The notes beneath the pieces are model-generated. The model was not told where the DNA came from. It searched no databases and saw only the letters and a program-made list of their open reading frames with translations. A stretch of DNA of 63,520 bases, the filler included, from Nemertoderma westbladi (lineage: Eukaryota > Animalia > Xenacoelomorpha), in assembly GCA_032718475.1 (NCBI GenBank). It is 3 parts of 3 records of this genome, joined end to end, with 100 filler letters (N's around TTAATTAATTAA, not from the genome) between each part and the next. Parts side by side here need not be neighbours in the genome. Positions count along the whole stretch, not along the records: positions 1 to 26,460 come from JAUCBJ010003691.1; positions 26,561 to 48,895 come from JAUCBJ010003392.1; 1 more part is not named here. One strand, written 5' to 3'. This document shows positions 22,079 through 35,329 of this stretch, one piece after another (within the stretch, counting starts at the first letter, position 1; every line of letters starts with the position of its first letter). The position numbers were made by a program, and so were the translations under genes.

Positions 22079-24746
22079 ATCCCTAATGGAACCAAAGCAC
22101 AACTGGATTACATCCTTATAAACAAAAAGTGGAGAAACAGCATGGTCAACTGCGAGGCATACAGCTCGTTCAACCTAATTGGTTCGGACCACAGAATTGT
22201 GACTGCAGAGATCAGACTCAGTTTGAGAGCCAGCAAACCCAGGACAAGCAAGCAAATCAACTATGACTGGGAGAAACTCAGAACTGACAATGCTGTAAAG
22301 GATGCTTATACAGTAGAAGCACAACTGGATTACATCCTTATAAACAAAAAGTGGAGAAATAGCATGATCAACTGCGAGGCATACAGCTCGTTCAACCTAA
22401 TTGGTTCGGACCACAGAATTGTGACTGCAGAGATCAGACTCAGTTTGAGAGCCAGCAAACCCAGGACAAGCAAGCAAATCAACTATGACTGGGAGAAACT
22501 CAGAACTGACAATGCTGTAAAGGATGCTTATACAGTAGAAGCACAACTGGATTACATCCTTATAAACAAAAAGTGGAGAAATAGCATGATCAACTGCGAG
22601 GCATACAGCTCGTTCAACCTAATTGGTTCGGACCACAGAATTGTGACTGCAGAGATCAGACTCAGTTTGAGAGCCAGCAAACCCAGGACAAGCAAGCGAA
22701 TCAACTATGACTGGGAGAAACTCAGAACTGACAATGCTGTAAAGGATGCTTACACAGTAGAAGTTCAAAACCGCTTTGAAGCACTTCAGTCAATGGATGA
22801 GGACCAGTCCACCGATTCAATATACCAGAATATAATAACAGCCCACAAGGAATCAGCTAAGAGGCAGATCCCCCAGAAACCCAAACGAAAACAGTATGTG
22901 TCATGGCAAAACTCTGAGGTTACTTGTGAGATAGAAGATCTTAAGATAGCCTACAAAGTTAAAACCGAACAACCAAGAACCGAAAACATTAATAAGGTTG
23001 AAGGACGATCTTAAAACCTAGAACCTAGAGGCCTAGAACAGCAGCCAGGAAAAGTACATACAGGATAAAATTGAAGCAATTACAACTGCTCACATACAGC
23101 AACAATCAAGACTTACCTGGCAAACTGCAAATGAGGTATCTGGTCGGAAAAGTTGTGCAAAGTGGCGTCTCAAAGCCGATAGCCCTACAAGGAAAATATA
23201 TGACAAGACACTATCTATAGAAACAGGGGACTTCACACCTGCCGAACTCCAAAGAAGCATTAAAAGCATGTCCAATAATAAAGCGAGTGGATTAGATGAA
23301 ATCCCAGCGGAGGTATGGAAAACAGGTGTGCTAAACAGACCATTATTGAATGTTTGCAACCGGATGTTAAAAGGGGAAAAGCCACCACCAATTTGGACTA
23401 AAGGTCAACTAAAGCCTCTCCCCAAGAAAGGAGACCTCGGCATACCAACAAACTATGGTGGGATCTGTCTGCTTGTGGTAATGTAGCTGCCAAAATATAC
23501 AATAAAATGATTCTATATAGGATTAGGCCTCACATAGAGAAACTACTGCGCAAGAGCCAAAACGGATTTCGACCAAGAGATCAACAATAGCTCAGATACT
23601 TGCACTACGGAGACTGATTGAAGGAATTAAGTCAAAGAATCTCCCCGCAGTCATGACTATTGTGGACTTCAAGAAGGCATTCGACTCCATCCATAGAGGT
23701 AAAATGATTGAAATCCTAAGAGCTTATGGAATACCAGAAGTAATTGTTGCTGGCATTGGATTGTTATATTGTGACACAGAAGCGCAGGTACTCTCACCAG
23801 ATGGTGAAACTGAGTTTCTCTCAATCCTGGCTGGCGTACTGCAAGGTGACACATTAGCACCATTACTATTTGTAATTGTGCTGGATTACGCAATGAGGAC
23901 GGCCACAAAGGGTGAAGATCTGGGATTCACACTTCAAGAACGCAGAAGTAGTAGATATCCGGCAACTACAGTCACAGACACCGACTTTGCGGATGACATC
24001 GCCCTGCTCTCTAATACGCTAGCAGATGCACAGCTTCTACTAAATAAAGTGGAGAGGGCTGCTAAGGAGGTTGGATTGCATATAAATGCTACCAAGACCG
24101 AATTCATGACCTTTAATGTTGATGGAAACTTGACAACCATTGATAATAATCAACTAAGGAAGGTCGATGACTTCCAGTACCTTGGATCATGGATAGAGAG
24201 TAGCAAAAAGGACATAGAAGTTAGGAAAGCAAAGGCTTGGGTAGCTCTATCAAAAATGGATACCATCTGGAAATCAGATCTCTCCAGGCACCTGAAGACT
24301 AAGTTCTTTCGAGCCACAGTGGAAAGTGTATTTTTATACGGGGGTGAGACCTGGACACTGACTAAATCACTTGAACAACGAATCGATGGTTGCTACACAA
24401 GACTACTAAGGGCAGCCCTAAACATCAGCTGGAGACAACACATGACAAACGCCGAGCTTTATGGTACAATACCACCTGTATCAACCACCCTCCGTGAACG
24501 CAGATTAAGATTCAGTGGGCACTGCTGGCGAAGTAAAGACGAGGTCATACCAGATCTACTGTACTTCTCTGGCAACCAACTCATGGAAAGCGTAGTCGTG
24601 GACGACCTGCCATAACATATATAGATCAACTTGAAAGGGATACTGAACTTGGGAGAAACGAAATTGCGACAACTATGGAGAATCGGGAAGCCTGGAAGGA
24701 TCTCATTTCCACTGTCCGAGTTCGCTCGACCTAGTAGTAGTAGTAT
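22079..24746 (+). mobile_element. 5'-truncated, frameshifted RTE-clade LINE (APE end + RT)
   Basis: QLDYIL..SDHRIV (endonuclease end), KASGLDEIP, DFKKAFDS, GVLQGDTLAP, FADD, FQYLGS. (TAG)n/(TAT)n tail; 14-bp TSD tattattatatatt at 22065 and 24747. Confidence 0.92.
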
Positions 24747-26460
24747 TATTATTATATATTCTGAATTATAATTGTAAATTATCACTTAAGGAACAGATGT
24801 TATAGTGGTACTTTAGTTCACCAAAACAATGAACGCAATACTAATTTAATTTAAGATTTAATTGCCCCCCCCCCCCCCCCCCCCCTTCTATCTGAAGCTA
24901 TTAAATCGTAGGAACTTCCTATATACAGTATATATCTTTCTGAATACAAAAAACTTACTGTACAGTATGTATACCACTACAGAAATCTGTTGCATAAAAC
25001 TGTTGCAGAAAAGAATTGAAGAACCTATTGTAGCGAAAACAGTGCCTTAAATTTGAATTCAAATAGAATCTAAAATTCGAGTTGATATCGTTGTTACCGA
25101 GATTAAAATATACGTGGCCCTCTAGGGTGCCCTCACTCACCCTACTGAGATATTATAGGTGCCCTCACTCACCCTACTGAGATATTACAAATATCGAAAT
25201 GTCGTATATTTAATTCGTTTATGAAGACCATAAAAATCGAGTCAGTGGTGCAAAATAACCGCAAACACCAAATGTGTGTTTAGTGGGTTTGAAAATTTTA
25301 ATAGGCCTATATGTATTGATTGAATACATTAATTGGAAAGGTTAGATTACAATGGCGGTGTTTTCTTACCATGACAATAAACGAAACTTTATTTCTCTTT
25401 TGCGATTTGCGATGAAGATCACTACTGTATATTCACTTGCGGTCAATGTGCGCCACTATCTGGGAAAATCCATCGCAAAAACCCTAAAACCATCATGACA
25501 ATTGATAAAATATAATATGAGATGTCATCAGAGCACTGTTTTTGATGGGCTCCTAGTACAGTACAGGTTATTTTGATCATAAAGCATACTCACTCCTCTA
25601 AAGTATCCTCACCCCTATCAATAAGTTATAGATAACATTATCATTACTTTCTACCCAAAAAAAATCTGAAATTCTTGAAACTTTATATGAAAATCTACAT
25701 AAAACTTTACAAACACGAAGTCGGGCATGCGCGCAGTACGTGACATAAACTTGTATTAATTGTCAACTCGAAAAAATTATAAGCATAATATAAGATGTCC
25801 CCTGTAATCACCTCACCACCAAGAGGCAGATTGGGTAAACTCGCAGTCGGTTGAAGACCTCCATAATCTCGCAGTCTGAGGTCTAGAATATACTGTATAT
25901 GCCAAGTATCAATCAGAAGATTATAAACAATAAAACGAAAAGGCTGAAGGTTTTCATTTCAGACATTTTTAAAATGTTTTCATTTCAACCCAAAGTGGTA
26001 GACTGGGGAACTGTGGACGGATTACCGTCCCGACAAAAACTGCATGGTCTGCACGTATCTCTGCCAAGTTTCAGTTTAAACGGTTTAAAATCAAGGAAAT
26101 GGTAAAGGATTTCACTTGTAAACATTTCGCCATACAATAGCAAACGGGAGAACTGCAGACATATTATCCTCTTCTGTAAGATACAGGTAATTAATGATCT
26201 AGTACAAATCTGCCAAGTTTCTGCTTGAACAGTTTTAAAAGCAAATAAATATGAGGGCATTTAATGATATAACATGTATCCCTCTAGCGGGAGACTGTTA
26301 AACTGATGGTGTCTGAGACAGGTTTGAGAGACGGAAAGTCTCCCAAAAATCTCGAACTTTGTTCATAATTTTATTTATGCCTAAAAATTGTCAACTCCAC
26401 AGATTTAAATTTGACTTAAATAAAATTTTGACTAACTTATTAGAATTCCAAAATCTTCAT

Positions 26461-26560
26461 NNNNNNNNNNNNNNNNNNNNNNNNNNNNNNNNNNNNNNNN
26501 NNNNTTAATTAATTAANNNNNNNNNNNNNNNNNNNNNNNNNNNNNNNNNNNNNNNNNNNN
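26461..26560. other. Assembly gap: 44 N + TTAATTAATTAA + 44 N
   Basis: Artificial six-frame-stop linker; identical structure at 48896-48995. Confidence 0.97.
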
Positions 26561-28463
26561 TAACCAAAAATTTAGAGAATCACTAGCCAAACAAGTAGAG
26601 AATCACACGCCAAACAAGTAGATAATCACTAGCCGAACAAGTAGAGCATCTAGCCGAACAAGTAGACAATCACTTTCTAAACAAGTAGAGAATTACTAGC
26701 CAAACATTTAGAGAATCACTAGCCAAACAAGTAGAGAATCACTAGCCAAACAAGTAGAGAATCACTAGCCAAACAAGTAGATAATCACTAGCCAAACAAG
26801 TAGATAATCACTAGCCGAACAAGTAGAGCATCTAGCCGAACAAGTAGACAATCACTTTCTAAACAAGTAGAGAATTACTAGCCAAACATTTAGATAATCA
26901 CTAGGAAAACAAGTGAGAATCACTAGCCAAATAAGTAGAGAGTCACTAGTCAACAAGTAGATAATTACTAGCCGAACAAGTAGAGAATCACTAGCAAAAC
27001 TAGTAGAGAACCACTAGCCAAACAAGTAGAGAATCACTAGCCAAACAAGAAGAATATCACTAGCCAAACAAGTAGAGAATCACTAGCCAAACAAGTAGAG
27101 AATCACTTGCCGAACAAGTAGAGCATCACTTGCCCAATAAGTAGAGTATCACTAGCCAAACAAGTAGAGAATCACTAGCGAAACAAGTATAGAATCACTA
27201 GCCAAACAAGTAGAGAATCACTAGCTAAACAAGTAGAGAATCACTAGCCAAACAAGTAGAGAATCACTAGCCAAACATGTAGAGAATCACTAGCCAAATA
27301 CAGTAAGTAAAGAACCACTACCCAAACAAATAGAGAATCAATAGCCAAACAAGTAGAGAATCACTACCAAATAAGTAGAGAATCACTAGCCAAACCCACT
27401 AGCCAAACTAGTAGAGAACCACTAGCCAAACAAGTAGAGAACCACTAGCCAAACGAGTAGAGAATCACTAGTCAAACAAGTAGAGAACCACTAGCCAAAC
27501 ATGTAGAGAATCACTAGCCAAACAAGTAGAGAATCACTAGCCAAACATGTAGAGAATCACTAGCCAAACAAGTAGAGAATCGCTACCAAATAAGTAGATA
27601 ATCACTAGCCAAACAAGTAGAGAACCACTAGCCAAACTAGTAGAGAACCACTAGCCAAACAAGTAGAGAACCACTAGCCAAACTAGTAGAGAATCACTAG
27701 CCAAACAAGTAGAGAACCACTAGCCAAACATGTAGAGAATCACTAGCCAAACTAGTAGAGAACCACGAGCCAAACAAGTAGAGAACCACTAGCCAAACTA
27801 GTAGAGAATCACTAGCCAAGCAAGTAGGGAATTACTAGCCAAACATGTAGAGAATCACTTGCCAAACAAGTAGAAAATCACTAGCCAAACATGTAGAGAA
27901 TCACTAGCCAAACAAGTAGAGAATCAATAGCCAAACAAGTAGAGAATCACTACCAAATAAGTAGAGAATCACTAGCCAAACAAGTAGAGAACCACTAGCC
28001 AAACTAGTAGAGAACCACTAGCCAAACAAGTAGAGAACCACTAGCCAAACTAGTAGAGAATCACTAGCCAAACAAGTAGAGAACCACTAGCCAAACATGT
28101 AGAGAATCACTAGCCAAACTAGTAGAGAATCACGAGCCAAACAAGTAGAGAACCACTAGCCAAACTAGTAGAGAATCACTAGCCAAGCAAGTAGGGAATT
28201 ACTAGCCAAACATGTAGAGAATCACTTGCCAAACAAGTAGAAAATCACTAGCCAAACAAGTAGAGAATCACTAGCCAAACAAGTAGAGAATCACTAGCCA
28301 AACAAGAAGAGAATCACTAGCCAAACAAGTAGAGAATCACTAGCCAAACATGTAGAGAATCACTAGCCAAACAAGTAGAGAATTACTAGCCAAACATGTA
28401 GAGAATCACTAGCCAAACAAGTAGAGAATCAATAGCCAAACATGTAGAGAATCACTAGCCAAA
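26561..28463. repeat. 23-bp satellite, about 80 copies, runs into the gap
   Basis: Consensus caagtagagaatcactagccaaa. Confidence 0.97.
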
Positions 28464-29638
28464 AAAGGTGAGAATTCATTTTTATATTTTCAGGTCATCA
28501 GATACACGGCACGGGGCCACGAAGAAACAACCCTCGGGGTACTGAGTGATTCTATTTTTTTTTCATTCTCATTTTATTATCCTTTTTATCCCTCTTATAT
28601 ACCGGGCGCAGTACATACAACCCTCAGGGAAATAACTTATTTTTACCCTTTTAACTTATTTTTATCGTTTTACAGTATGTTTTATGTTACTTGGCACGTA
28701 ATATTTACCCTATTTACTGTACTCTTTATTTCTTTCACTCTCTTTATTATCCGTTTTATTCCTCTTGTATAACACGGGGGCGGGGCCACACACAAACAAC
28801 TATTTTGGGAATGATTTACTTTTGTCCACTCTTTCGATTCATCTAAACATCTTAAGTGACATCGGCAGATAGAAGCGGTGGGGGGTTCGCGGGTTATATA
28901 TCTTCCGCGGTTGGGTGGCGGTCAGTGGTGTGCAGTGAGTATGACAGTGGGTTTCTGGGGGAAGACCTGGTGTGTATCGTGTATGGAGTGTGGGGTGGTG
29001 CGCAACTTAACGTGTATGTATGTTTGGGGTGTGTGTCTTAATGGACAGTGTGTATGATATTGCTAATATTTTTTTGTAATAATTAATATCCACGTAGTTT
29101 ACTGTTATATCCGTCCCACGTGCCATATATTATGGGTAAATTCCATTGGGTCCTACCGAGTTAAATTGTGCGCATTATCAATAATTAATTATTATTGATG
29201 GCCTTTGTAAAACATACGATAGAAATATGTACAGTAACTAGTATTGGTTGCTTGTGAGTTTCATTCTGGTAGAAGAGAATAAAACATATTGTAGGCCTAC
29301 TCCCATCCCAAAAGTAATTCTTATTCGAAACGTAAGCATCAATTTTGGGAATCTTCTTATGATCTAGCCGTCTCGAGAAAGTAAATCTCTACAAGTTAAT
29401 CCTTCTCGCTTGATGAGGCAACGCCGAATTTTGTTATAGAGAGGCGTCGCAGAGTTAGAGAGGGTTGGGACCGGGCAACAGTTCTACAAGTAGAGAATCA
29501 CGTAACGCAGTACCAGTAATCAATTCTTCGGAATTCCTTACAACCGATAATATGACACAATTGTGAGCCAGATAATTCCGACTCATCTATAGCTGGACGA
29601 ATTTTTCAGGTGTTTCACAATTGTCGTACAGAATGTCG

Positions 29639-30811
29639 GGCGCAGTGGTGGTACGGCTAATGTCGCGTTACGGAAAGTCGCGTTACGGCTAATTTTCAGA
29701 GTAGCCGTAACGCGACTTTGAAAGTCGAGGTACGGCTACTCAAAAAGTCGCGTTACGGCTAATTGTCGCGTTACGGCTAATCTATTGTCTTGGTTTTACA
29801 TAGGGAATCATTATCAATATTATTCTATGGTGTTTACGTACAGATGAGAAAGGTTCGAAAAATTTAATGTAATAATGTTTTACAGCGTTGGATCCAGGGG
29901 GGGGGGGGGGGGGGGGGGGATTTTTTAACTAAAAGTACTTAATTTATTAATTATTGTATTATTTTTGTTGTATTGAGTACCACAGTACACAGTACCATAT
30001 AGGTATATTGGTCGAAAGTATATCAATATTTTGCCGAAATATTGCACTTTGAATTTATCATTATAATAATCAAATCAAAAGTATCTAAAACTAAAGCTCT
30101 TGAATTAGCCAGTAATTGCCCGCGTATGGCATTTGGTTCGGTGGTGGGGTGGGTTGGAATGGTTCGGCCACGGAGGGGTGGTCGGGGTTGGCCGCTACGG
30201 GTTATAGTTCAGCCGCTACGGGGTGGTTCACAACACCAACATGCCAGTCGGGATCACCACCCCCTCCCAATGCAGCTGGACTTTCAACTGGGTGATCGGC
30301 GGCTGGAAGGACGGCCATTGCCTGCTTGTCAGTCCACAAACAGAACGCCATATGGTCCAGGTAGCGCCAGGCGTTGGTTAACAACATCGATATGAATTAG
30401 TGGAATATGTTCCTCAAAACATTTCTTTGGTTGCTATTATTGGCTGTATTCGGTACCTGTGGTTGAGGCTGTGACTAAGAATACCATAGAATACAATATT
30501 ATATTGAATGTGACTAATGTGAGGTTGTCGAAGAACATACAGCATGAAAGACGGTAAAATACCCCCCCCCCCCAGCCCCCACGGAGACTCCCATGCTGTC
30601 AAACATTATTACATTAAATTTTTCGAACCTTTCTCATCTGTACGTAAACACCATAGAATAATATTGATAATGATTCCCTATGTAAAACCAAGACAATAGA
30701 TTAGACGTAACGCGACTTTTAGAGTAGCCGTACCGCGACTTTTGAAAGTCGCGTTACGGCTAATCTCTCAAAAATTTAGCCGTAACACATTAGCCGTAAC
30801 GCGACGACACC
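29639..30811. mobile_element. Non-autonomous long-TIR element, Merlin-like (GG termini, 8-bp TSD)
   Basis: TSD gaatgtcg at 29631 and 30812; ~250-bp TIRs containing gtcgcgttacggcta repeats. Confidence 0.8.
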
Positions 30812-32108
30812 GAATGTCGGAATAGCTCAATCATATTTTAATTTAAAGGCCAAGCGCCCAAAGATGACCCGCACTCAACCTCCCTGCGTGATCCTACAAC
30901 CAGTACAAGCTGAAAATTCAACCAAATCCGCCAGTGAATGACTGAGATAAAAGCGTCAAAGTAATTTAATATTAATTGGCCACGGGGAAATTGGTAGTGA
31001 TGCTGTTGGGCTATGATATGATAATAAACATTTCTACTGATTGACAATTGATACTGATAGGACATCAACAACCAGTATTTTTTTAATTTTTTTTACATTT
31101 TTTTACAAGATAATATTTTTTAAATAAATGTTTGTACTATTTTTTAATGAACTTTTTTCTATACACTTCATTCTATTGACTATACACTCTTCTACAGTTC
31201 TACAAAAGCACTGAATGCACTGTATGTACTGTAGCTATTATTAAAATGAAAATTAATTTAAATCTGACGTAAAATGTACCAGTTTTAGAAAGACTGCAAG
31301 ACTGTGCTGCTGTGACAGTTCTGTACTTCAGTACCAGTGTTAGTTGGCCTCAGGCCTACTGTTTAATTTGCCATAATTTATAATGAATTCAGGTTTTCAT
31401 AATCCTGATATCGATATCAATAAGTGGGGGTCACCCCCTGATGTTTGTGTACAGGAAACAGGTGTAGAGAACTTCCGAACGGAAGAGGGAAATTCAAAAG
31501 TAATCTATACAGCTATAGGCTAATACAGTCAGTCTGACAGTAGGCAGGAGTAGGATTACAGCAGCATTACTTTTACACAGTCTGATAGTAGTAGTCAGTA
31601 CTCAGTATATAGTACTGTTAGTGTGGTACAGTACAGCAGTATATGCAGTATATAGTTAATCTGCTCCTGCCCTGCAGTAAGGATTAACATATTTGGGGGT
31701 CTCCACGTAAAACAGTAATACTGTAGGCCTAATTCCTAATATAAGTAACACACGTCATAAACCAATTGAGGGAAAGGAGCAGGTTACAGAGGCAGGCTTT
31801 TCTAACCAAAACAATAAACGGCCACTTTATACCAATTGAGGGAAGGGAAAGGAGCAGGTTACAGAATACTGCACCTGTACTACTGTACAACTACCTACAG
31901 TACCGGTACAGTACAGGTGGAGGCCCTGAAACGCGTTAGTCCTCTGCAGTATACGGTATGACTGTTAGTAGGTAGCATAGTACTGTATAGTTATTGTACG
32001 AGGACAGAAGTTAGAAAAATTAGGACTGCAGAATGTCGAGATGTATAGCTTTATCCTTAAACAGTCTGACAGTAGGCCTATACAATAATTAAATACTGTT
32101 GTTGGTAT

Positions 32109-33707
32109 TTGATGGTGTCTGGTGGATATTATCCATATCGGATTATGAAGGTTGAAGTCTTGATATGTCTTACTTGTGTTATTATATTCATCTATCGCAC
32201 GAAGAACTTGGTAGAAGCAGTAAGAAGTCCTATTGTTTTAGTAGTATCGGTTTTCACACAACTGTTGTTGGAGGAATCGCAACTGTATACAATTTTTCGT
32301 GGCTACAAACGACCGGTGGTCTCTACCGGAATTGTAATCGGGAATTTGGGATGGCCTTTGGTTTTAGCAGCGAATAACTTAATCGATAATAGTAAATGGT
32401 GGTTGTATCACGTCGAATCTTGTTATATATCTCTCCATTGCTCTTGTTTCATAGTGATTTGCTGTTATTTGTACAAGGATAGCTGGTGGAATAATTTCAT
32501 CGACGGTAGACCGGATGGGTCTGATCGCGATCCAAATGTGTCTGATCTCAGAATACCACCCAGAGTTATCGTACCAATCACGGCCCTGGCCGCGTCAAAT
32601 CTATGCTTATTAGTAATATTTTTATTCGATGCTTTTACAACCCGTGTCCAACTAAACATTATTTATGTAATGCTAAATTCCAACGTTTGTTTGCTTATTG
32701 CCTCGGGTCTCATATTCAAATTACCGCAGAGCTTTACTCCGGGCGAGGCAATCATCCTGTCCACGCCAATTACAATAATTGTTAGCCGGATAGTGGCGTT
32801 GGCCCCATCCAGACCAGCACTAACCCCCGAAGTCTACCTGCTATTAGCCGTGCTGCTAGCTACATTGTTTCTCCTCAGAATCACCTCTGTAGGAATTCGA
32901 TATGAGCCATTTCTACATTTGGGTTGTTCCCTTTCCGTTATACTGTGCGCTTTCATTGGGTATACAGAGTATCCATTTCTATGGATTGTTAATATTTTAC
33001 GCGATATCTCACGCAGACAGATAAAGTTACTCATATTCTGGTTCGCTTTGTCTCTATTAGCGGGTTTTATTGCGGCCCGAAGATTGGCGATTTCCAGAAA
33101 AATCTTCCATTTACTTATAGTGGCCGTTTTCCTGCCTGGGTTGTTATGGGAACGCCAGTTACTCCACATGGTAACGAGTGTGGCTTTGTACACTTTAGTT
33201 GTGACTGAGTATTTCCGCGTGTATTCTATCGGCGCTGTAGGCGCGCTTATTCAACGCGGATATTCCAGCTTTAGCGATTCGCAGGATATCGGTTTCGTTA
33301 TATTGACTCCCATATACCTGTTGCTAGGCTGTGGGATCCCGCTGTGGGTCTACCCCAAGCCCTACCAATCGGTGGACCCAGGGACACGGACTCAGGCCAT
33401 GGGTGTCTACGCCGGCTTAGTTTCCATCGGGGTGGCCGACGCTATGTCCGCTGTGATTGGCCATCATTGGGGCCGGTTTTATTGGCCCGGATCTCATAAG
33501 ACTGTGGAGGGGAGTATAAGTGGGGCTGCCAGCGCCGCGGGTTGCTTCGCGCTGATTGGCTACTGCGATCCATCGGCACGCCTAGATCTATGGGTTGGCG
33601 TCGTCATAGCAATAATATCATCCATTCTGGAAACGTGGACCTCACAAATAGACAATATAATTGTTCCTTTATACACTTACGTGCTAATAATATTATTAAA
33701 TTCGTAA
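32109..33707 (+). CDS. DOLK: Dolichol kinase, single exon
   Basis: SFTPGEA, RKIFH, D.QD.G..ILTPIYLLLGC.IPLW, GV.DAMSAVIG...GR..WPGS.KTVEGS and QIDN. True ATG probably 32112 or 32144. Confidence 0.94.
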   Translation: MMVSGGYYPYRIMKVEVLICLTCVIIFIYRTKNLVEAVRSPIVLVVSVFTQLLLEESQLYTIFRGYKRPVVSTGIVIGNLGWPLVLAANNLIDNSKWWLYHVESCYISLHCSCFIVICCYLYKDSWWNNFIDGRPDGSDRDPNVSDLRIPPRVIVPITALAASNLCLLVIFLFDAFTTRVQLNIIYVMLNSNVCLLIASGLIFKLPQSFTPGEAIILSTPITIIVSRIVALAPSRPALTPEVYLLLAVLLATLFLLRITSVGIRYEPFLHLGCSLSVILCAFIGYTEYPFLWIVNILRDISRRQIKLLIFWFALSLLAGFIAARRLAISRKIFHLLIVAVFLPGLLWERQLLHMVTSVALYTLVVTEYFRVYSIGAVGALIQRGYSSFSDSQDIGFVILTPIYLLLGCGIPLWVYPKPYQSVDPGTRTQAMGVYAGLVSIGVADAMSAVIGHHWGRFYWPGSHKTVEGSISGAASAAGCFALIGYCDPSARLDLWVGVVIAIISSILETWTSQIDNIIVPLYTYVLIILLNS

Positions 33708-33976
33708 AAAGTGCTGTATAAGCAAATCAGTTACCGGTAACTTATCGTAACTATCGACTCAATTCAGTTACCGAGATTGTTTTGTGCAACGGACATTAGT
33801 TATACAGTGAATTAATTATTACATGTCGTAAAGCTACGGTAACTATCGCAGGTAGGTTTAATTATCCTATACACAATAAACAACATTATTTGTATTCACT
33901 GTTCTCATTTTATTTTGTAAATTAATTAATTAAATAATAATTTATATGAAAACCAAATGGCCTAATTGTTACTAAC

Positions 33977-34191
33977 AATTGATCCATTCCAACTGAGAGG
34001 CACCATGCACCATAAGAGAAAGCAGCACTTTATAAGATAGTAAAGCGGGAAGTATATCAGTAAACCACTTGCTAACTCATCAACAATAAGTAGAACGCAG
34101 TAGATTACCCAGTAGATCATCCATTGTCTATCAGCTGTGCCAAGAGGCGTTCGTAAAGCTATCACCGACTTGTAAGCGGGATATACGAAAC
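33977..34191 (-). CDS. REEP5: REEP5/DP1/Yop1-like gene, exon 3
   Basis: Acceptor tttccag, donor gttagt. GFVYPAYKS...QWMIYWVIY...FPLYYLIKCCFLLWCM.P...NGS (TB2/DP1/HVA22 domain). Confidence 0.85.
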
Positions 34192-34787
34192 CTGGAAATA
34201 CAAAGTACAACTGTGATAACAAAACCAACAAAGAATTGTAGGATTTTTAAATTACTACTGACTGCTAACAGTAACAAATGATATTTAGCGGCGGTCGCAT
34301 TTGGAGCTACAGTACCGGATGCTTGAATGATATTTGCAATAATTGATATTATATTCTAATTGCACTACTGTAAATTAAATGTAGTCACTAGTCACAAGTG
34401 GGATACGAATAGCAAAAATGCTAGTAGAGTGTGCCCGATTGGCGTAAGTTAACTAAAAAAACTATAATTATTTAATTTGAGATAAGTTTGATTTACTAAG
34501 TTTGTTACATTTGAGTTGTTTAGTTTGTACTAACACATCCGTAGCTGAGGTTAACAAGACTCAATGCAGATAGACATTAGACAACGCAGACCATACAACC
34601 ATACCGCTACCCAGAAATCACCCACCCCACCCGCTGATGTCCGACACAACCGTATTCTACTGTATACCTGCATTAGAGTCTTTAAGGACTGCAATTTTAA
34701 ATTATTTTTTAATAAAGTATAACATTAATCTTTATATATGTCAGGTACAACCTGCTGTCATTATAGGCTGCAGTAATTTCCACATAC

Positions 34788-34918
34788 CTATGATGTTGCA
34801 CAAGATATCAGCCGCATAACCATAAACAAGCCAGATCACAATGACGATGATAATGATGACTTTGATCTGTTTGTAGGTGAGTTGGTGGTATCTGGTTGCT
34901 AGGAATTCGTAGACACAT
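34788..34918 (-). CDS. REEP5: REEP5-like gene, exon 2
   Basis: Acceptor ctacag (phase 2), donor gtatgt (phase 1). CVYEFLATRYHQLTYKQIKVIIIIVIVIWLVYGYAADILCNII-G joins exon 3 to give the conserved LCNIIGFVYP. Confidence 0.8.
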
Positions 34919-35329
34919 CTGTAGTAATGTAAAGTGAATTAATTTACTTTAATATTTACTTACATGACAAAATATAAATTACAGCATTAATAACAATTTA
35001 GGGAGTAACAAATTACTAACCAAAGCAATAAACGAAATTCAATTGAACTTAATGATAATATTCCCATTGGCTATGTTTTGTACTAGTAATCAATTAAGTA
35101 ATATTATATTGTGCTATTATTATGATACTATATTTTATAACACCGTATGTATTGTCGTAAAAAAAAATAACATGCGAAAAAAAAATTGAACTGGTTGCTG
35201 TTTAATTTTAAACGCGTATCCCATCTGTATCTCTATACATATCGTACAGTCAGTTTTAGGATTGAGCCTTCCTACACTGTGACTGTGCAATGTACTATTT
35301 CCTGTATTATTTATTACAGTAGGCCTATT

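Noticed and set aside
25800-25885. Possible minus-strand exon (ttctag...gtgatt)
   Set aside because: More than one open frame and nothing recognisable.
26505-26516. TTAATTAATTAA island within Ns (also 48940-48951)
   Set aside because: Artificial scaffolding linker. Contiguity across both gaps is therefore not guaranteed.
26561-28463. Telomeric array linked to the TRF-like gene, or a coding repeat
   Set aside because: The 23-bp unit is not a G-rich telomere repeat, is not a multiple of 3, and contains TAG stops.
34919-34963. 45-nt gtaagt..cag mini-intron in REEP
   Set aside because: The sequence upstream has an in-frame stop; the 36360 donor fits better.
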